Source: a virus (taxonomy: Duplodnaviria; Caudoviricetes). Taken from it: a stretch of 64,000 nt of DNA. The notes under the pieces were generated by a model. The model was not told the DNA's origin, did no database searches, and saw only the letters and a program-made list of their open reading frames with translations. Positions 48,061 through 57,482 of this stretch are shown here, one piece after another; position 1 is the first letter of the stretch; each line of letters opens with the position of its first letter. The DNA lies in the IMG/VR virus record IMGVR_UViG_3300027863_000030, positions 1-64,000 of that record, one strand, 5' to 3'. Position numbers and translations under genes: made by a program.

Positions 48061-51000
48061 CTAGAATGTAGCTAATCTGGTACTTTGTATCTGGATTATG
48101 GGTTCAAGAAGAAGCTTCCATCTATCTTCCCAACAAAACTTGTACATTTCTTTCTGATCAATGATAAAGAAATCTGGTAGTTTGTCTATGTAATCAGGAA
48201 TCGCAATTACAGATATTTCCTTCCCTCTAGATACAAATTCTTCATTGTATTTCTTTAGGATATCTGCTGGGCAAGACTTGGAGTTGATACCTTTTATCTT
48301 AAACATATATCCTTTTGTTCCATATCGAAAAGATTCAAACATAAGATTATTCCAGTTCAACATGGCGATAACACCTTGAGGAATTTTCTTGTATCCAGAT
48401 AGAGGCTTAGCAAAAGAGACGGGTCTTGCTATACACTTGTTTCCTTCTTTGATATTTCGCATAATATCAGTACCCATTTCGTTGACTTTTTGGAGCAACG
48501 AAGGAACTTTAAAATCTTGTTTGAGGACGATTTCTAAGAGTTTGCCTAGATATACTTTGCTAAGATGAGGGAAATCTGATCTTCTTGTTTCTACTCCTCT
48601 AGTTTCAATTGTATCAACATCTCTTCCTTCATTGCTTATAACATGGATTGCATACCTCTTCTTTGCTAGAAATAGGCCTCTTGAAATTACGAGTTCATTC
48701 TTTAGTTGGAGTTTTTGTTGTGATACTGGAATGTTATGTCTTTCTACTAAGTACTGGACCGAAATATTGTTTAGAAATTTATCCAAGTAATCACATAAAG
48801 TTCTTAAGATAGAAAGAGTTTTCTCTTTTTGATAACCTCTCGATCTAATAAACTTATCCAAGCAAAAGAAAATAGAATCAGTATCCCCAGTTATGACATA
48901 TGTTAGTAGTTCTCTCTCAAATTCAGATTCGAACATTAATTTCTTACTCACTACGAAATTTTTGCAGATAGACACTTTTTCGTTTTCATCTAGGTCTTCT
49001 ATGACATCTGGATTGATAGTTTGTTCTCTGGTGTTTTTGGCATAGAGGTCTTTTAGATACTTATCCGCTTGAAGAATCATACATTTGATTGCCTCTTGTC
49101 CGGACATAGTAATTGACTCAGCAATGTCTGGATTGTAAAATCTAAAATGTTCATTTGCAAGAACTCCATACATAGAATTAGCAAGAATCTTATAAACCAA
49201 TTGCCGAATATTCATTCTAAGTTCTTTTTGTTTATCTTTCTTTACTTTGTAGTCAAACATTTGCTTTTTGTATTGCTTTCTAGATTGTAGAAGAGAAGAT
49301 AGAATTGTCAGATAGTAAGATTCTTCTACTTCTTTTCTTAGATATAGGGCTCCACTTATTGTGACGATAATCTTTCGTTGAGAAACTAGTTTTAGAAAGT
49401 CTTTTCCACTAATTATTTTTTCTTCTAGTTGGTTGGCTGTTTCGTTGTATAGATTTAGTTTGATTTGTGGTAAAGATGAGAATTTATCTTTGTTATAACA
49501 ATATTGGTAAGCAACTTCTTTATCAACTAACCCAACGAAACTATTTGGACCAATGTTATAGGTTAGAATTAACGATGGATATAGACTTGAGAAATCAAAA
49601 TCTACTACCCATCTATACAAACCAGGGGATGGTTCTAGGACAAAAGCTCCTACGATTTGTTTCTTAGTAGTGCTATAAGTTAGGGTCTTAGCAGCCAGAT
49701 TCATATTCTTTAAGTACGATAGTATGAGTCCATCAACTTGACCAATCGTTGTAAGGCTACAACGAAACGTAGTACAACAAATTCTTCTTAGTTCATTTTG
49801 AAGCGAGATTAGTAAAAGTTTGTTTTCTAATTCAAGAAGTAAAGAGATATCCTCTTTGTTATATAAGATGAATTCTTTTGAATATTTCTCGTACCATAGA
49901 TACCATCTTCCTCCATGATCTACTTTTAGTTTTCCCTTTCCTAGCTCAGCATTAGCAATAAATTCCAAACTGTAGCTTTCTTTTCTTTCCTGAGAAAATC
50001 CTTCGTATAGAGTTTTTAGATCTAAACATACAAATCCGGCGACCTGAAGAAGATTTCCAACTGGTCGAACATTATGTAAAGGAGACAACATATTGGGGTC
50101 TAAGCCAAGTCTTTCCATTCTTTTCGTAATGTAAGTAAGGTCATAACTTAGATTCCATCCAGAGATAACGTCTGGATCTATTTCTTTTAGTTTCTGAGAG
50201 AATATTCTTAACATATCTTCTTCTTTACTAACAAAAATTGTATCTTCTATACTCGTAGCAGAAGAATGGTCAAACTCTCCAGTATCATAAAAGATCGTTT
50301 CTATTTTATTCGTTTTGTAGTTAGAATAAGAGATAAGAACAATTGGATCATTGGCTGTTTCTGGACTGGAGAATTCTCCGCTTCGAGAATACACCTCAAT
50401 ATCTATGAACATTATATTTAGATCGATTGTTGGCTCTTTATCTTTCTTTTGGTGGTAGTAATCTAGAGCGTGTTTGGCGTCTAGACCGATATCAGCTTCA
50501 TATGATATACTGGGAATTGTTTCTTCTGGGGGTTTGTTTTTTGTAATAACGGGTTGTAAGTCCAAGTAACTTAGTGCTAATTTTGGTACTTTGCCTTCTT
50601 TTGGAACGTAGTAATAGTAATCTAAGGATGGGTGTGTATAGATTTCTTTACAACCGGTTTTGCAATCTCTAAAAATGTACACAACGTTATAAGAAACAAT
50701 CTGAATATCCAACAAAGCATATCTCTCTGAGTAATATTTTTCTGGTATTCGATATAAGCATTTGTTATCTTGGATTTGAATCTCGCTGCTTTTTACTTGT
50801 TTCTCGTTAACTTGTTGGTTATTCTCGTTACTTAGTTTTGGTTCTTTTCCAAGAAAAGAAGCTATAGTTCTAAAGTCAGAAGAAAAGATACCTTCTTTAT
50901 CTGGATTTCGCAAGATATAACTAGGGTGGAATGTCACAAAGACAGGATACTCAACTCCATGAATCTTAGTCCTATAGAAAGATCCTCGAAGTTGAGTAAT

Positions 51001-51417
51001 ACTTCCCCCAGTTAGACCGAAAGCAGAACATGCAGATGCTCCCATTAAGACTATTAGTTTTGGATTGCATTTAGAGATAAGCGCCAGTACGTTCCTTTTA
51101 CAATTCTCAATGGTTTCTGGATCTGGATTTGTGGTTCTTCCGTCTGGTCCTACTGTCTGACATAACACAACGTTACTCAGCAGGTAGTTACAAGTTTCTA
51201 AGTTATATATTTCAAAGAATTTTCGAAATACTTTTCCGGCTCTTCCAATAAGAGGCCTATGAGTTCTAACCTCTTCGTAACCCGGATTCTCAGCTATGAA
51301 AACAACTTCTACCATAGATAGATCATCTGGACAATTGCATTCCGCGATACAAGAGGGGGCTTGCAGAAGTCGGCATCTTGAGCAATCCGAGAACCTTGAA
51401 GAACGAATTGAGAACAC
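48061..51417 (-). CDS. polB: Family B DNA polymerase with N-terminal family-4 uracil-DNA glycosylase domain
   Basis: UDG: CSRCRL, AENPG..E...LIGRAG, NVVLC, TFHPSYILR. Exonuclease: DIE, GWNLSYD, YNKED. Polymerase: DFSSLYPS, KILANSMYG, TGDTDS, KKRY. Confidence 0.93.
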   Translation of the reverse strand: MFSIRSSRFSDCSRCRLLQAPSCIAECNCPDDLSMVEVVFIAENPGYEEVRTHRPLIGRAGKVFRKFFEIYNLETCNYLLSNVVLCQTVGPDGRTTNPDPETIENCKRNVLALISKCNPKLIVLMGASACSAFGLTGGSITQLRGSFYRTKIHGVEYPVFVTFHPSYILRNPDKEGIFSSDFRTIASFLGKEPKLSNENNQQVNEKQVKSSEIQIQDNKCLYRIPEKYYSERYALLDIQIVSYNVVYIFRDCKTGCKEIYTHPSLDYYYYVPKEGKVPKLALSYLDLQPVITKNKPPEETIPSISYEADIGLDAKHALDYYHQKKDKEPTIDLNIMFIDIEVYSRSGEFSSPETANDPIVLISYSNYKTNKIETIFYDTGEFDHSSATSIEDTIFVSKEEDMLRIFSQKLKEIDPDVISGWNLSYDLTYITKRMERLGLDPNMLSPLHNVRPVGNLLQVAGFVCLDLKTLYEGFSQERKESYSLEFIANAELGKGKLKVDHGGRWYLWYEKYSKEFILYNKEDISLLLELENKLLLISLQNELRRICCTTFRCSLTTIGQVDGLILSYLKNMNLAAKTLTYSTTKKQIVGAFVLEPSPGLYRWVVDFDFSSLYPSLILTYNIGPNSFVGLVDKEVAYQYCYNKDKFSSLPQIKLNLYNETANQLEEKIISGKDFLKLVSQRKIIVTISGALYLRKEVEESYYLTILSSLLQSRKQYKKQMFDYKVKKDKQKELRMNIRQLVYKILANSMYGVLANEHFRFYNPDIAESITMSGQEAIKCMILQADKYLKDLYAKNTREQTINPDVIEDLDENEKVSICKNFVVSKKLMFESEFERELLTYVITGDTDSIFFCLDKFIRSRGYQKEKTLSILRTLCDYLDKFLNNISVQYLVERHNIPVSQQKLQLKNELVISRGLFLAKKRYAIHVISNEGRDVDTIETRGVETRRSDFPHLSKVYLGKLLEIVLKQDFKVPSLLQKVNEMGTDIMRNIKEGNKCIARPVSFAKPLSGYKKIPQGVIAMLNWNNLMFESFRYGTKGYMFKIKGINSKSCPADILKKYNEEFVSRGKEISVIAIPDYIDKLPDFFIIDQKEMYKFCWEDRWKLLLEPIIQIQSTRLATF

Positions 51418-51490
51418 TGAGCATCTCCTTGTATGTGTATTAGTTTTCCTTCTTTTTGTTCTGGTGGTATCTTTTACTATCTTTCTGAAG

Positions 51491-51520
51491 AAAAAAAAGA
51501 AGGGGGAGTAACCCCCTTCT
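51491..51520 (-). terminator. Rho-independent terminator
   Basis: AGAAGGGGG/CCCCCTTCT stem followed by a T tract on the minus strand. Confidence 0.75.
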
Positions 51521-51527
51521 GGTTCTG

Positions 51528-51941
51528 CTAGAAGTTTGCCCTAACAAGGATAGCCTGGTCTGGATCTCCGTTCCATTCGTATTCAATTCCATATTTTTCT
51601 AATTTCTTGCATACTATCTTTCCAACTTCTTTGGCATCTAGACCAATGATTCCGAATTTCTCAGTGTGTAATGGACCATACTGGAGGTACAGTTCACCTT
51701 CCTTGAGAAAAGATCGATGACTTTGGCGGTTCCAAAAAACACATCCATTAACTTTTTTACCCTTCTCATATAAATTTTCTGCGGTGGTAGCTAGTTCATA
51801 ACCTGCACAAGTTGTGCAACATAGAAAATTCATCCTAGCTAGCAATTTATCTTCTTTTCGAAGATCTTTAAAGGCTTTCTTCAATCGTTCTAGAGTCGAA
51901 CAGACTTTTTCTGGGTTTACTTTTCGTTCTGATCTTCGCAT
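51528..51941 (-). CDS. DUF6891-like hypothetical protein
   Basis: ARMNFLCCTTCAG...LYLQYG...EWNGDPDQAI. Confidence 0.6.
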   Translation of the reverse strand: MRRSERKVNPEKVCSTLERLKKAFKDLRKEDKLLARMNFLCCTTCAGYELATTAENLYEKGKKVNGCVFWNRQSHRSFLKEGELYLQYGPLHTEKFGIIGLDAKEVGKIVCKKLEKYGIEYEWNGDPDQAILVRANF

Positions 51942-52047
51942 TTCTAGTTTCCTCCTTGTAAGAAAGTTCGTAGTTCTTTTTGCATATGATACTCGCCCAT
52001 GCTGTTGATTTCTTCACAATTTTACATATCGATATTGTTTTCTTCTC

Positions 52048-52638
52048 TTAGTCTTTATTCTCTCTGTTTTGTAAAATTAAGTTAATGACCATATCATAAA
52101 TTTTCTTATCTTTCTTACAAACTTCTAACATTACTGGATCTGGTCCTATTTCTTTGATCCATCGAAGAGCTAGCTTTGGCTCGCTAATTCGTTTTTGGAG
52201 TATAGCTTTATCTTCTGGCCACCTTTCGGCCCACCACAAAATCCAGAAAAAACAAGTGATTCGATCTCGCATTATGTCCTTATCTTCTGGCCACGTTTGT
52301 GCCCACTTACAAACCCATTCGTTTTCACTAACTCGATCTCGCATAATATGTCTATCTTCTGGCCACTCGTCAGCCCACCAATAAGCCCACTCACTTTCAG
52401 TAACTAGGTCTCGCATCATATGCCTTTCTTCTGGAAATAAGTCAGCCCACTTATATGCCTCCTCGCTTGTGTTAATCTTATCTCGCATTGTGTCCTTATC
52501 TTCTGGCCACCTTTCAGCCCACGCAAAAGCCACTTCTGAGGCTGTAATTCGATCACAAACTTCGTGTCTTCTACTAGGATTGGAGCAAGCCCATTCAAAA
52601 AGAGACCATTCAAAATTTACATTAGCTCTGTCTCTCAC
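52048..52638 (-). CDS. Trp-rich WPED 24-aa repeat protein (about 5 repeats)
   Basis: WPEDKDxMRDR repeats with C-cap IGPDPxxLEVCKKD. Confidence 0.85.
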   Translation of the reverse strand: MRDRANVNFEWSLFEWACSNPSRRHEVCDRITASEVAFAWAERWPEDKDTMRDKINTSEEAYKWADLFPEERHMMRDLVTESEWAYWWADEWPEDRHIMRDRVSENEWVCKWAQTWPEDKDIMRDRITCFFWILWWAERWPEDKAILQKRISEPKLALRWIKEIGPDPVMLEVCKKDKKIYDMVINLILQNRENKD

Positions 52639-53570
52639 AATTTTTTCTCTCCTTGTAAGACAAGTTCTAGCGCTTTTCTATAGAGTTCTTTATCTTTCTT
52701 ACAAACCTCTAGTATTAGCGGGTCCGGTCCTATTTCTTCGATCCACCGAAAAGCTACTTTTGGCTCACTAACTAACTTTCGCATTATAGCTCTGTCATCT
52801 GGAAATTCAACAGCCCATCTAAATGCCCAGTAACTATCATTGATTCTATCTCGCATTATGTCCCTATCTTCTGGCCATTGATAAGCCCACATGAATACCC
52901 AAATGGAGTCCCAGACCCGATCTCGCATTAGATCTCTATCATCGTTCCAGCAGCATGCCCATCGATACGCCCAGTAACTATCATTGATTCTATCTCGCAT
53001 TATGTCCTTATCTTCTGGCCAATGGATGACCCACTCATATGCTTCGTATGCCTCATGTATTTGATTTCGTATAATATCTTTATCTTCGGGCCATTGGTTA
53101 AGCCACATGATCGCAATTTTTGTTTTATTAATTAGCTTTCGCATTACGTGTCTATCTTCAGGCCATTGCTTAGCCCAGTGGTAAGCCAATAATGGCTGGA
53201 CAATTTGACTTACTACAGAGTGCTTTTTGTCTTTATGGTGAGCTAATGATGGGTGGGCAATTTGACTTACAGAGTACCTTTCGCCCTTGTTTGACGCTGC
53301 CCAGTAAAGTACTTGGCGAGAATGTTGCAATTCTCCTTTGTCTAAGTATTCTTGGAGAATATCAGTTATCTCATAAATGTAATCTTCTATGTTTTGAATG
53401 AACTCGCGATTACTTATATACCTGTCAACTTTTTGGATTCTAGATTCTAGTTTCCTAGTTAGAGCTAGGTGTATTCCTTGTTCATTGATGACTATGCTTA
53501 GTTCTTCGTTGGGAGGAAGAGATTTTATGCCTAAGATTATTTCCTCAATTTCTTTATCTTTTTCGTTCAT
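52635..53570 (-). CDS. WPED repeat protein (about 6 repeats) with a unique N-terminal domain
   Basis: Same repeat and C-cap; ~90-aa unrelated N-terminus. Confidence 0.85.
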   Translation of the reverse strand: MNEKDKEIEEIILGIKSLPPNEELSIVINEQGIHLALTRKLESRIQKVDRYISNREFIQNIEDYIYEITDILQEYLDKGELQHSRQVLYWAASNKGERYSVSQIAHPSLAHHKDKKHSVVSQIVQPLLAYHWAKQWPEDRHVMRKLINKTKIAIMWLNQWPEDKDIIRNQIHEAYEAYEWVIHWPEDKDIMRDRINDSYWAYRWACCWNDDRDLMRDRVWDSIWVFMWAYQWPEDRDIMRDRINDSYWAFRWAVEFPDDRAIMRKLVSEPKVAFRWIEEIGPDPLILEVCKKDKELYRKALELVLQGEKKL

Positions 53571-53870
53571 CTTTCTAGCTCTCTTTCTTGAAACTAGAAA
53601 TTAGTTTCTCCTTGTTCTCCACTGACCGCTTTCGGATCAGATCTGGTAAGGGTATTCCAGTAAGCACTAGGAGTAGTTATTATTACTAGGCTTGTATCTG
53701 ACCTATAGTTGCAAGTATAAAATATAGGTGGGGGCGTGATACTATACCAAACTGCTTGGATACAGATATGGGCTTTGCAGTAAGGATAGGTGTCTATTTG
53801 TATGTACATAGTTCTTTCCTCTTCTTTTTGTTGTCTTGCGACGTTTCCTTTCTTTCGTTCGTTTTTTTTC

Positions 53871-54185
53871 TTAAGCTTTCTCGTTAGTCTCAATTTCTCG
53901 AATTATAGGACCAGTCGTTAAGACATTTTCGATTTTGATAGTAACCTTATGGTCTCTACCTTTTAGTAAGAACCAAAGCTTTTCGTACTCATCATCTGAA
54001 CTCCGCCACACCATACCACACCCTCCCATGAGGTAGCAATAGCCATCGTTGCAGGCTTCCTCATGGGGATAGTAAAAACCCTGTATGGCAATCCATGGGG
54101 CGGTTTGTGCTTGTGATGTCTCCCTAAATTTTATCTGACCAATCCAAGATTCTCCCGTTTGTTTATCTATTATATTAACTTTCAT
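53871..54185 (-). CDS. Hypothetical protein
   Basis: AAAGGAAG RBS before MKVNII (ATG 54185). Confidence 0.6.
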   Translation of the reverse strand: MKVNIIDKQTGESWIGQIKFRETSQAQTAPWIAIQGFYYPHEEACNDGYCYLMGGCGMVWRSSDDEYEKLWFLLKGRDHKVTIKIENVLTTGPIIREIETNEKA

Positions 54186-54211
54186 CTTTTGTCTTCCTTT
54201 CTCGAAGTTGT

Positions 54212-54310
54212 GAACCGGGTGTCCCCACATTGAGCTCCCAAACCCGGTCGCGGAGCTGTGGAGGTGCATCGGTCTGTGACGACCGATAAAACGCATGTGG
54301 GGTCACGTTC
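54212..54310 (-). ncRNA. Candidate structured leader RNA: three-way junction with pseudoknot
   Basis: Minus strand: P1 CCCCACAT/ATGTGGGG, P2 ATCGGTC/GACCGAT, P3 AGCTCC/GGAGCT; P3 loop ACCGGGT pairs with downstream ACCCGGT. Confidence 0.5.
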
Positions 54311-54923
54311 TAAGGTTAAGTTCAATATAGTTTTATTACTTCTTCTCCAAACTTTTCTGGGAAGCGGCTACCAAACCTAAGACGGCAGAGATATTTTTCC
54401 CATCCCTGCCATTTCGCTTTAATGGATGCCTCGTTCTCATCATCATAGACAATGATTGAGGTACCCTTAGGCAAATCGTTAAAGAATCCATACTGAGCCA
54501 GAGCATCCGCTATAGCCTTGGCTGGTGTCGAACCACTACCAGTACAGAAGGCGGTATTGTTAGGAAGGGTTTAGAGTAAGTTAGAACCTCCCTGTCTTTG
54601 CTTAATTCTAGAACAATGACTAGGTTTTCGGAGGCTACTTGGAGCTCGGCGTAGTACATGTGTCTTCCTCCTTTCGGGTTTGTCAATGATCTCTTCTTGG
54701 GCCACCTGTCTCATAGGCGAACCCGAATGTTTACATGAAGAACCCTCGGGATCGGGGCATAGGTTTAAGAAACCTGAGACTGAGATTTTGGATCATTCAG
54801 CCCCCTCTTCTCCCCGAGGATCCCCTAGCGTGTAGATAATGTTTACTTGCTTGTTAAGAGTCTGCCTCCTGGTCCACGATTTTTGTTCATACCCTCGCAT
54901 CCAGAAGGCAGACGTATTTTGAG

Positions 54924-55550
54924 TTAGAGTTCAATTCCTCGATTCTTTGCTTTCTCGATAATAGTTGTTTCGTTGTCATTCCAACTATCTGGACGAATTT
55001 CTTTCAGAATTGGGTGGTAAATCACAAGTCGGGGCATCTGGTACTCATCGTGGTCATCGAAGAGACTTAATGAGTGCGACCAGAAAAATCTTCCATACTG
55101 TCCTTTTATCTGGGGCAAGTCAAAGAGGAAGTCTTCCTTGTTACGCCAGACATCCATTACTCGAACGACTTGATCAGATGGTCCAGTCATGCGATTTACG
55201 TAGACAACCCACCTTGGTTTGTCACCCAGCGTCGGGTGGGGTTTCCTTGGTTTTTCCGTGCAGATTCGGATAATGCATGGAACACCGATAAGATTCTGAG
55301 GAGGCTCGTCGAATTTGAACTTGGCGCACCTCCATCCCCCTAGAGTTGGAGGCTCCACCCCCGCTCCTCGTTGGTAATAGTTATCCTCCCAACGAGACTT
55401 CTCCTTTCTGCTAATCTCGAACCATTTTTTTCGAAGGTGGATATCTCCAACTGCTTGGTCAATGAGACCATAGGTCTCTCCCTTCCCTCTAACTTTTATT
55501 AGCTTGCTAGTAAAACTACTGGTTAGCATAGCGAAATTCTTATGTAGCAT
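54924..55550 (-). CDS. Hypothetical protein
   Basis: 208 aa, AAGGAGG RBS, GC-richer block. Confidence 0.6.
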   Translation of the reverse strand: MLHKNFAMLTSSFTSKLIKVRGKGETYGLIDQAVGDIHLRKKWFEISRKEKSRWEDNYYQRGAGVEPPTLGGWRCAKFKFDEPPQNLIGVPCIIRICTEKPRKPHPTLGDKPRWVVYVNRMTGPSDQVVRVMDVWRNKEDFLFDLPQIKGQYGRFFWSHSLSLFDDHDEYQMPRLVIYHPILKEIRPDSWNDNETTIIEKAKNRGIEL

Positions 55551-56103
55551 GTTGTTCCTCCTTCAAAACACGCAAAGCTCTGAGTCTTGCTTGTTTTGCA
55601 GCTTGGTAGTTCAAACCGACTTTCTTCGCTGTAGAGTTCAGGTCCTCACCGCAGAACTTAGTCAAAGTAAGGAGAATCGCACCTTGCATTGCTGCCATTC
55701 GACCTCTCTTTCCAGCGAGGTTTGATCGAGATCGGAGTAACCGACCGTATACTTCGAGTACCATCTGCTCTTCGACGGATTTTTCCGGGCAGGGAAGCAA
55801 AATCTGCTCCGTGGGTTCCTCGATCAAGTACCAAGTTCCGGGACCTCCATTACCTGTCGAACTCTTCCGACAGGCGTAAGCAAGAGAAGCCTTGTATAGA
55901 TCTCTATAGGTCGCTCTTAGGAAGGAGGTACCTTCCAGGTCTCTATGAGCCCAGGCAGCGGCGCGGGATTCCTGCAAAGCATCTTCTCTGAATCGATCCC
56001 AGAAAAGAGTAAATTGTCTCCGGCATATACTCAGAGCAATTTTCTCTTTCGTAGAAAGCATACCATCTTGTCTCATGCTACAAGGTCCTCCGGCTTGTGG
56101 CAT
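55540..56103 (-). CDS. Sigma-factor-like/HTH transcription regulator
   Basis: REDALQE..AAW (sigma region 2-like) and C-terminal TAKKVGLNYQAAKQARLRAL (region 4-like HTH); start uncertain. Confidence 0.5.
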   Translation of the reverse strand: MPQAGGPCSMRQDGMLSTKEKIALSICRRQFTLFWDRFREDALQESRAAAWAHRDLEGTSFLRATYRDLYKASLAYACRKSSTGNGGPGTWYLIEEPTEQILLPCPEKSVEEQMVLEVYGRLLRSRSNLAGKRGRMAAMQGAILLTLTKFCGEDLNSTAKKVGLNYQAAKQARLRALRVLKEEQHAT

Positions 56104-56121
56104 AGAGCCAAAATGTGGGGG

Positions 56122-56535
56122 CTAATCTTCCTCGGCCGCTTTAAGGGCAGCCTCTCTCTCAGCCAAAGCTTGCTGGAGTTTGCTGAGTTCCTCTTCGGCC
56201 CAATTTCTGGCTTTTTGAAATGCTGTTGCCCACTTCGGGTCTGAAAACTCTTCGAACCAGTAGCGATATGCCCTTCCATCTTCTAGTTCTTCGTATTGAC
56301 CCCAGTTAGCGTGGAGAGGAAGGCCTGCGAGACAGACCTTCTCGCCAAATTGCAGGTCATTAAGAATCGAGAAGTTCTTTCTCTTATCAGCAGGGAGTCT
56401 TATCTCAGCCCGGACCACCACATCGTTGCCCAAATGGGGAGGTTGTTGGCCTATCCGCTTAAGAACGATCTGAGCCTCTAGTCCTTCCTTAAGTTGGATA
56501 TTGATTTCTTCTCTTGTGGTTTTTGTCTTGCTCAT
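56122..56535 (-). CDS. Hypothetical protein
   Basis: 137 aa with AGGAAGGA RBS. Confidence 0.6.
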   Translation of the reverse strand: MSKTKTTREEINIQLKEGLEAQIVLKRIGQQPPHLGNDVVVRAEIRLPADKRKNFSILNDLQFGEKVCLAGLPLHANWGQYEELEDGRAYRYWFEEFSDPKWATAFQKARNWAEEELSKLQQALAEREAALKAAEED

Positions 56536-56780
56536 GTCTTTATCCTTCCTTTGTTCTTGTTAGAATATCGTTAGAAAAAGAGTTCAAAACTAAGTACTGA
56601 GCATAAGCAGGTTGTTTCATATTTTCTGGAATTTCTATGTCTAGATTGTACGGTTGTAAGATGTCAAAATAATCTTTTCAATATCTTCGTCTGAGTTAAT
56701 TTCTTTTGGAAGTATTAACGTAGTTGCGTAGTGCATTCTTTCTTACCTCCTCTATGTAGGAAAGAAGAACGAAGTTTCTT

Positions 56781-57065
56781 TCACATAGGCTGTGGGAAGA
56801 AGCCCAAGGAATCAAAGAATTCTAAAACTTCCGGATCAATAACCCCCTCATTTCCACTACAATAAAAATCCATGTAACTTTCGCCTTTGCCCCGGATATT
56901 TGCAATAAGTTCCCCAGCATATCTCCAGCTACAAGAAAAGACATTATGTGGATTATCTTTATCAATCCAACGAGTATTGCAAAGAGCCCTATAAACTTTT
57001 GTGGCAAATTCGGTGTCTTGTAATTTGTACTTATTGTTTCGTAAGGTCTTCTCGAAGTCCTTCAT
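56781..57065 (-). CDS. Conserved phage hypothetical protein
   Basis: YRALCN..W...SCSWRYAG..IA...YMDFYCSG.EG pattern. Confidence 0.65.
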   Translation of the reverse strand: MKDFEKTLRNNKYKLQDTEFATKVYRALCNTRWIDKDNPHNVFSCSWRYAGELIANIRGKGESYMDFYCSGNEGVIDPEVLEFFDSLGFFPQPM

Positions 57066-57104
57066 CTAGCCTTCCTCCTTTTCTTTCGTTGGCTCATTTT
57101 TTTC

Positions 57105-57461
57105 TTACAAATTTGTAACTAGACCTGGACCCAGTCTAATGGTTCTAGTAAACTCTCGAATCCAAAATGGATCTTTGATTTGTTTTCTCCTTATGTCCCT
57201 ATCTTCTGACCACCGCAAAGCCCACTCATAAGCCGAATAATCCTTGACTCGGGATCGCATTATGTCCTTATCTTCTGGCCACAATCTAGTCCAAAAGAAA
57301 GCCCAGTAACTATCGTTGATTCGACTCCGCACTATATCCTTGTCTTCTGGCCATCTTTTAGCCCATTGTAAGGCGACATAAGAAGATCGAATGCGCTTTC
57401 TTATACTCTGTTTTGAACTAGGGTCTTGCTTTGCTAGTTCAAATAGTTGTTTAGAGGTCAT
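57105..57461 (-). CDS. WPED repeat protein (3 repeats; N-cap A, C-cap 1)
   Basis: MTSKQLFELAKQDPSSKQSIRKRIRSS...KQIKDPFW. Confidence 0.8.
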   Translation of the reverse strand: MTSKQLFELAKQDPSSKQSIRKRIRSSYVALQWAKRWPEDKDIVRSRINDSYWAFFWTRLWPEDKDIMRSRVKDYSAYEWALRWSEDRDIRRKQIKDPFWIREFTRTIRLGPGLVTNL

Positions 57462-57482
57462 CTTTTCCCAACCTCCTTCCTT

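Noticed and set aside
48061-51417. Intein or intron in the polymerase
   Set aside because: No C/S...HN splice motifs or LAGLIDADG seen; the extra length is explained by the UDG domain
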